This document shows positions 58,467 to 64,000 of a DNA stretch of 64,000 nucleotides, one piece after another (the stretch's first letter is position 1; each line of letters begins with the position of its first letter). The DNA is from Gammaproteobacteria bacterium. Its GTDB lineage: Bacteria > Pseudomonadota > Gammaproteobacteria > SZUA-229. The notes below the pieces were generated by a model that was given only the letters and a program-made list of their open reading frames with translations, was not told where the DNA came from and ran no database searches. Position numbers and translations under genes: made by a program. The stretch is taken from positions 5,431-69,430 of the forward strand of contig JARFRD010000063.1 of assembly GCA_029287435.1 (NCBI GenBank), given 5' to 3'.

Positions 58467-59144
58467 TTACCTGATTAATTTAAGTACCTCCCTGGCGGCC
58501 AGTTCTGATGATGCAGGATTCTGTCCGGTCACCAGGTTGCCGTCAGTAATAGCATACGGGTGCCAATCGTCGGCCCTGGAGTAGTTGGCCCCTTTTGCTT
58601 TTAACTCATCTTCCAGTAGAAAAGGCACAACCTCAGTAAGCTGCACAGCATCTTCCTCGGTATTACTAAAACCGGTTACTGATTTTCCTCTGACTAAGGG
58701 ACTGCCATCGGAATTTTTTACATTTTTAAGTATGGCAGGTGCGTGACAAACTGCAGCCACCGGTTTGCCTGCAGCATACATCGATTCAATCAAATTGATG
58801 GAACTACTATTTTCCGCCAGATCCCAAAGTGGGCCATGTCCACCGGGATAAAACACCGCATCAAAATCATCCGATGAAATATCTGACAGCTTCAAGGTAT
58901 TTGCCAACGCCTGCTGAGCCTCAGCGTCATTTTTGAAACGTCGTGTTGCATCTGTCTGGAAATCTGGCTCATCACTCTTTGGATCCAGCGGTGGCTGGCC
59001 GCCGGCAGGCGACGCGAGTGTGATTTCTGCATTGGCGTCCTTGAATACGTAGTAGGGGCTAGCGAACTCCTCAAGCCAGAAGCCAGTTTTATTTCCTGTC
59101 TCCCCGAGTTGGTCATGAGAGGTGAGTATCATAAGAATTTTCAT
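58467..59144 (-). CDS. DJ-1/PfpI (type 1 glutamine amidotransferase-like, Hsp31-type) protein
   Basis: TGFWLEEFASPYY, FYPGGHGPLWDL, AAVCHAP, VTGFSN, LVTGQNPAS. Confidence 0.92.
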   Translation of the reverse strand: MKILMILTSHDQLGETGNKTGFWLEEFASPYYVFKDANAEITLASPAGGQPPLDPKSDEPDFQTDATRRFKNDAEAQQALANTLKLSDISSDDFDAVFYPGGHGPLWDLAENSSSINLIESMYAAGKPVAAVCHAPAILKNVKNSDGSPLVRGKSVTGFSNTEEDAVQLTEVVPFLLEDELKAKGANYSRADDWHPYAITDGNLVTGQNPASSELAAREVLKLIR

Positions 59145-59412
59145 GCTGGTTCTCCTTGTCGATTGGCGGGCATGTTTAGTTGCATAAATTTACGGACTGA
59201 TAGCACAGAATCTGAAATTGGTCTTTTTTGTAAAAAATATCTGTACTGAATATACATGAAACATTAATTATCACTTCATATACCCACGCAGACTGCAGGG
59301 ATTGATCGAATGAGTCCGGATTTCAGTAAGATTATCCCATAGAATAAAAGGATTCAGTTTGTCTGTGATTTGCTATGCTTTTCAACCTTAATTCAATATT
59401 CATGCGATCATC

Positions 59413-59880
59413 ATGCTAGAAAAGAGCCAGACGGCGCCGGCGTTTAGCGCGCCCAACCAGAATAATGAAATCATCAACCTGTCAGACTACCACGGCAGTA
59501 ACAACGTCGTGTTGTATTTTTATCCGAAGGACGACACCCCGGGCTGTACTATTGAGGCGAACCAGTTCACCGCGCTTGCCCGTGAGTTTGCTGATACTGA
59601 TACGGTGGTGCTGGGAGTGAGCAGGGATTCATGTGCCAGCCACCAGGCCTTTATTGACAAATACGGGCTGCAGGTTGAATTGCTCGCTGACACCTCGGGT
59701 GAATTATGCAATGCCTATGGGGTATGGCAGGAAAAGGAAAGAAACGGAGTTAAGAAAATGGGTATCGTTCGTTCCACCTTTGTGATTAACAAGGACGGGG
59801 AGCTGGTCGATGCAATCTACGGCATCACTGAAGCGGACGGCCATGCGCAGCAGATACTGGATAAGGTTCGTCAACTTTGA
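59413..59880 (+). CDS. bcp: Bcp/PrxQ peroxiredoxin
   Basis: VLYFYPKDDTPGCTIEA, GVSRD, GIVRSTFVI. Confidence 0.92.
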   Translation: MLEKSQTAPAFSAPNQNNEIINLSDYHGSNNVVLYFYPKDDTPGCTIEANQFTALAREFADTDTVVLGVSRDSCASHQAFIDKYGLQVELLADTSGELCNAYGVWQEKERNGVKKMGIVRSTFVINKDGELVDAIYGITEADGHAQQILDKVRQL

Positions 59881-60058
59881 CCGAAGAAGAGTCATAATAG
59901 ACAAAAGCCATTTCTTTACAGCGCCTTATCTTTTTACTTGCCAGCAAGACCCTGATTGCCTGTCATATCAATAATTGGCTAGCGGCAACAATTGTTTATA
60001 ATATCAGAGAAAACTGAACGCTAATCCATGCTTCCTGCTTCCCTGCTGAGTACTTTCA

Positions 60059-60880
60059 ATGCCTGCCTACTTGCTTGTTGATAATGGTTCAAAAAAACCC
60101 GAGGCAACCTTGCGACTGCGTGAACTGGCAGCATCACTGGGTCATCATACGGGTAAAAAAATCCATGCTGTATCGCTGCAGCATGCAGATGCAATCGACC
60201 CGGCACAGCTGGGTGGCGAGCCAGCAAATATTTTCAGCAACTTTGTTAGAGCACAGCTCGAGCAGGGTCAAAATGCATTTCTGGTCATCCCACTATTTTT
60301 TGGCCTGAGCCGGGCGCTGACGTCGTTTATCCCGCAACAGGTCGAAAAACTGCAAGCAGAGTTTGGTCAATTGCATGTCAGAGTAGCGGACGTGATTTAT
60401 CCGTTGCCTGACGGAGATGAACGTCTTGCACAGATCATGTTTGATCACATTCATGCTGCACAGTCCTCTTTTGCAGTTGATGCGAAAGTGGTGTTGGTAG
60501 ACCATGGTTCACCAAGCCCGAAGATCACTGAAGTGAGGAACCGTGTTGCCCAAAGTCTTCGCAACATGCCAGGAAAAACATACCAACTGGCTGAAGCAGT
60601 GATGGAGCGGCGTGAAGGTAAAGAGTATGATTTTAATGGTGACTTGCTGGAGTGCTGGTTGAGCCAACAGGCACAAAAAGGGGTAGATTCTGTCATTGTC
60701 GCGATGATGTTTTTTTTGCCCGGGCGCCATGCTGGCAGTTGTGGCGATATCGAAACGATTTGTGAAAATGTTGTAAAGCATCATCCTCATCTACAGTACA
60801 GGATAACGCCGCTCATCGGTGAACACCCACTACTGCTTGAGATCCTCAGTGATCGATTGCGATCTATTGAAGAAAAATAA
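60059..60880 (+). CDS. CbiX/SirB-like class II chelatase
   Basis: LLVDNGS, VIPLFFG, second domain LVDHGSP, FFLPGRHAG, LIGEHP. Confidence 0.8.
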   Translation: MPAYLLVDNGSKKPEATLRLRELAASLGHHTGKKIHAVSLQHADAIDPAQLGGEPANIFSNFVRAQLEQGQNAFLVIPLFFGLSRALTSFIPQQVEKLQAEFGQLHVRVADVIYPLPDGDERLAQIMFDHIHAAQSSFAVDAKVVLVDHGSPSPKITEVRNRVAQSLRNMPGKTYQLAEAVMERREGKEYDFNGDLLECWLSQQAQKGVDSVIVAMMFFLPGRHAGSCGDIETICENVVKHHPHLQYRITPLIGEHPLLLEILSDRLRSIEEK

Positions 60881-61324
60881 AAACCGACGAAGGGATCAAA
60901 TCTTAATCACTGTACAACAGATCGATCAAGGACGGAATATTTGAGCTTCTTTGGTCAGTGGTTATTTATAAAATCAGATCCATGCTTTCGGTATTGATTT
61001 AACACTTATGCATGGTTAGCAGAAAAGCAGCCCGGACAGCATAAAAAAGACCAGGCACGGGTGCAGGGCTTTACTGGCTCACTACGGTGCTCTATAACTT
61101 TAAGCCTGATACAATTTTGCCGTGGAGACTATCAAAGGTTGCAGCTGCAGGTGAATTACCAGGCATCAAGAGCTTTCCTTCTGCACATTCAGTCTTTATC
61201 CTGTCTGGTTCATCCTTCGTTCAGGTTAACTTTAATAATATTAAAGCTGTAATAGTACGAATTAATACTGCAAATTACATATTCCATTAAATATTTCCGG
61301 ATTCCATGTCCAGGGAGTTTTATC

Positions 61325-61933
61325 ATGAAAAAATTATCACAATTAATAGTGACAGTAGCATGTGTCGGTTTGCTTGGAGGTGTCTCAATGATCAACCAGG
61401 GCAAGGCCCATGCTTCAGGCAAGCAAGAATATAAAGGAAATCAATTTCATGGCCCTGGAAAATACCGCGGACGTGGTGCACACAGGGCACCCTATGTCAT
61501 TCATCGTGGCCCCACCATTGTCATACCAGAAAGGCGCGTGCGCCGTTATCACAATACCTACATATACCGCCCGCATGGTCGCTGGTATCCTGGTTATGGC
61601 CGCTATTATAGAGATGATGATGCTTATGCATGGCTCGCCTTTACCGCGATTACACTTAAGGTTCTCGACAATCTCAATGAAGATCAGCAGCGCAAACATG
61701 AGGAGGCACAGATCAGAGCAACGATGGCGCCCATAGGTGAAACGATTGTATGGAATGAGGGCGGTGCCAGCGGCTCTGTAACCCCAACACGAGATGGAAC
61801 GAGCACCACAGGCCGTTATTGCCGTGAGTTCCAGCACGAAGTCACTGTAGCTAACAGGAGGGAACAGGCTTATGGTGTTGCCTGTCGGCAGCCAGACGGC
61901 AGCTGGGAGATTGTGACAACGGGTACACCTTAA
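61325..61933 (+). CDS. exported protein with C-terminal 17-kDa surface-antigen (RT0821/Lpp0805-like) domain
   Basis: Signal peptide; Arg/His/Tyr-rich linker; GETIVWN, GRYCREFQHEV, AYGVACRQPDGSWEI. Confidence 0.78.
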   Translation: MKKLSQLIVTVACVGLLGGVSMINQGKAHASGKQEYKGNQFHGPGKYRGRGAHRAPYVIHRGPTIVIPERRVRRYHNTYIYRPHGRWYPGYGRYYRDDDAYAWLAFTAITLKVLDNLNEDQQRKHEEAQIRATMAPIGETIVWNEGGASGSVTPTRDGTSTTGRYCREFQHEVTVANRREQAYGVACRQPDGSWEIVTTGTP

Positions 61934-61972
61934 ATTTTGACCTGCGGATTATCATGACCCAGGGAGGTACCG

Positions 61973-63163
61973 GTGACTCGTCGTAACAAGTTCATTTTGA
62001 TGGGCGTGTTCTCGCTGCTGATACTGAGTATGGTTGTTCTGCCATTCATTCGCGAAGACACCACTGCGCTACCCGAGCGCAACCTGGGTAAGGTTACACT
62101 TGGCAGCCTGAAGTCCGAAGTATCAGCGACCGGTTCTCTGAGCCCGGTTATAACTGTACAGGTAGGAAGCCAGGTCTCTGGCACTATTAAGCATTTGTAT
62201 GCGGATTTTAATAGTGTGGTGAAAAAAGGCGAGATTATTGCGCAGATTGATTCAGCTATTTTCGAAGCTAAACTGGCCGAGGCCGAGGCCGATTTGCACA
62301 GCAGTGAAGCGGCCCGTGACAAGGCAGAGGTGCTGGTTAAGAAGAGCAGGAATGCATTTGACCGTACCTCCGGCCTGTTTAACAAGAAGCTTGTTTCTGA
62401 CAGTGAGCTTGATGAAGCTCGTTATTCTCACCAGGAGGCGATCGCTGAGCACCGGGTCAGGGAAGCTGCCGTGCTTCAGGCTGAGGCGGTGCGGCAGCGC
62501 GAGCAGGTCAATCTTGCCTATTGCTCTATCTATGCGCCGATTGATGGCGTCGTCATCTCACGCGATGTGGATGTAGGGCAGACTGTTGCTGCCAGCCTGC
62601 AGGCGCCGACACTATTTACTATTGCCAGGGACCTGGCGCAGATGCAGATAGAAACAGACGTTGATGAGGCATTCATCGGTATGATCGAAGAACAGCAACC
62701 GGTCAGCTTTACCGTGTTTGCCTATCCGGACAGGAAGTTCCAGGGCCGAGTTTCGCAGGTTCGCCTGCAGCCGAAAGTCGAAGCAGGTGTCGTTAAATAT
62801 AACTGTATTATCGAGGTAGATAATACAGACCTGGCATTGAAGCCCGGGATGACCGCGACAGTGGCCATTGAGGTGGCGCACAAGGAGAAGGTATTCAAGG
62901 TGCCTAATGCGGCTTTGCGTTTTGTTCCCGAATGGCCAGCCGAGCGACTGAAAAAAATCCGCAGCAAACTTGAAGACGATGAAGTTTTTCTGTGGCTGCC
63001 TGATGGTGAAGATATCACAACAATAACAGTCAGCACGGGTATTGTTGGTGAACGGGAAACGGAAGTTAGTGGAGCAGGACTGCAGGAAGGTATGACGATT
63101 TTACTGCCACCGCGGCAGACAGAGTCTAAAAAACGTCGGCGCTTCGGTCTCAGCCTGTTTTAA
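61973..63163 (+). CDS. MacA-like periplasmic adaptor subunit
   Basis: VSATGSLSP, VQVGSQVSGTI, IYAPIDGVVISR, GQTVAASLQAPTLF, LKPGMTA. Confidence 0.92.
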   Translation: MTRRNKFILMGVFSLLILSMVVLPFIREDTTALPERNLGKVTLGSLKSEVSATGSLSPVITVQVGSQVSGTIKHLYADFNSVVKKGEIIAQIDSAIFEAKLAEAEADLHSSEAARDKAEVLVKKSRNAFDRTSGLFNKKLVSDSELDEARYSHQEAIAEHRVREAAVLQAEAVRQREQVNLAYCSIYAPIDGVVISRDVDVGQTVAASLQAPTLFTIARDLAQMQIETDVDEAFIGMIEEQQPVSFTVFAYPDRKFQGRVSQVRLQPKVEAGVVKYNCIIEVDNTDLALKPGMTATVAIEVAHKEKVFKVPNAALRFVPEWPAERLKKIRSKLEDDEVFLWLPDGEDITTITVSTGIVGERETEVSGAGLQEGMTILLPPRQTESKKRRRFGLSLF

Positions 63164-63165
63164 AT

Positions 63166-63849
63166 TTGATGAACAGCCCTATTATCGATATACAGGGACT
63201 GCACAAATACTATGCAATGGATGGTATCCAGGTACATGCCCTGCGCGGCATTGACCTTGTAGTCAACGAGGAAGATTTTCTAGCCATCATGGGGCCTTCC
63301 GGTTCTGGTAAATCTACGCTGATGAATATTCTTGGCTGCCTGGATATCCCTGATGAAGGAAGTTACCGCTTGAACGGTAATGACATCACGCAAATGGACA
63401 GCGATGCGCTGGCAATGATACGCAACCGTGAGATTGGATTTGTGTTTCAGAGTTTCAACCTTTTATCACGTACCAGCGCCATTGAAAATGTTGAAACACC
63501 GTTGATCTACGCGGGCGTTAACAGAAAGGAAAGACAGCAACGTGCGGCCGAAATTTTGCAGCGTATGGGTCTCGGTGATCGTCTGCATCATCTGCCCAAC
63601 CAGCTATCTGGTGGTCAGCAGCAGAGGGTTGCTATTGCACGCGCGTTAATCACCTCACCGACTCTATTACTTGCCGATGAACCCACCGGTAACATGGATA
63701 CTGCAACCAGCCAGGAAATTATAAATATTCTCTGCCAGCTCAACGAGGAGCAGGGACTGACAATTTTACTGATTACCCATGAAGCTGAAATCGCCGCGCG
63801 GGCACAACGAAGTCTTATCCTGCGTGATGGTAAACTGGAGGAACAATGA
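63166..63849 (+). CDS. MacB/LolD-type ABC ATPase
   Basis: Walker A GPSGSGKST, FVFQSFNL, LSGGQQQRVAIARAL, LLADEPTG, ITHE. Confidence 0.95.
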   Translation: MMNSPIIDIQGLHKYYAMDGIQVHALRGIDLVVNEEDFLAIMGPSGSGKSTLMNILGCLDIPDEGSYRLNGNDITQMDSDALAMIRNREIGFVFQSFNLLSRTSAIENVETPLIYAGVNRKERQQRAAEILQRMGLGDRLHHLPNQLSGGQQQRVAIARALITSPTLLLADEPTGNMDTATSQEIINILCQLNEEQGLTILLITHEAEIAARAQRSLILRDGKLEEQ

Positions 63850-64000
63850 GCTGGCTATCAGCTATCCAGCTGGCGTTGAATGCCCTGTGGCGCTCCCGTA
63901 CCCGGGCCAGCCTGACCACGCTCGGTGTTGTCATTGGCGTCGCCTCAGTCATAGCGATGGTATCTGTCGGTGCCGGTGCCCAGCAGCGTATTGCCGCACA
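63846..64000 (+). CDS. MacB/FtsX-type ABC permease, N-terminus, truncated by window edge
   Basis: ATGA overlap; MSWLSAIQLALNALWRSRTRASLTTLGVVIGVASVIAMVSVGAGAQ. Confidence 0.88.
   Translation, partial: MSWLSAIQLALNALWRSRTRASLTTLGVVIGVASVIAMVSVGAGAQQRIAA

Noticed and set aside
1..64000. CRISPR arrays, tRNA/rRNA genes, IS elements, prophage
   Set aside because: No spaced repeats of 25-40 bp, cloverleaf or rRNA signatures, transposase, integrase or phage genes were seen by eye

Overview
Chromosomal window (about 50% GC) from a probable free-living, sulfur-oxidising Gammaproteobacterium; the taxon is inferred from gene content only. No rRNA, tRNA, CRISPR array, integrase or transposase was seen. 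Left to right it holds a glycogen operon (malQ end, glgB, glgA, glgP), ppdK, an ornithine-cyclodeaminase-family gene with a three-subunit flavin opine/imino-acid dehydrogenase and a methyltransferase, a cold-shock gene, a TetR-RND efflux unit, an NfeD-stomatin pair, a GGDEF-EAL protein and arfB. Next comes a minus-strand cluster of a beta-barrel, a cupredoxin-like protein, a membrane adenylate cyclase and two stand-alone cNMP-binding proteins, followed by GlcG/HbpS, PhoU, an SLC13 permease and a second glgP. A Cys-bearing HxlR regulator lies divergent from two unannotated small ORFs, mddA and fccAB. The rest includes an OmpR-type two-component system with visible 11-bp-period boxes, an M16 peptidase, a Cys/His-rich periplasmic binding protein paired with a diguanylate cyclase, a 7TM-DISM adenylate cyclase, qor, a DsrE/ECF sigma/zinc anti-sigma unit, lone CbiM, DJ-1/PfpI, Bcp, CbiX and a MacAB-type exporter. 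The best candidates for undescribed systems are (1) the barrel/cupredoxin/adenylate cyclase/cNMP-receptor module, (2) the HxlR/small ORF/mddA/fccAB sulfur module with a repeated GTAGT-N5-ACTAC motif, and (3) the DsrE/ECF/ZAS unit. All family calls come from motif recognition by eye, not database searches.
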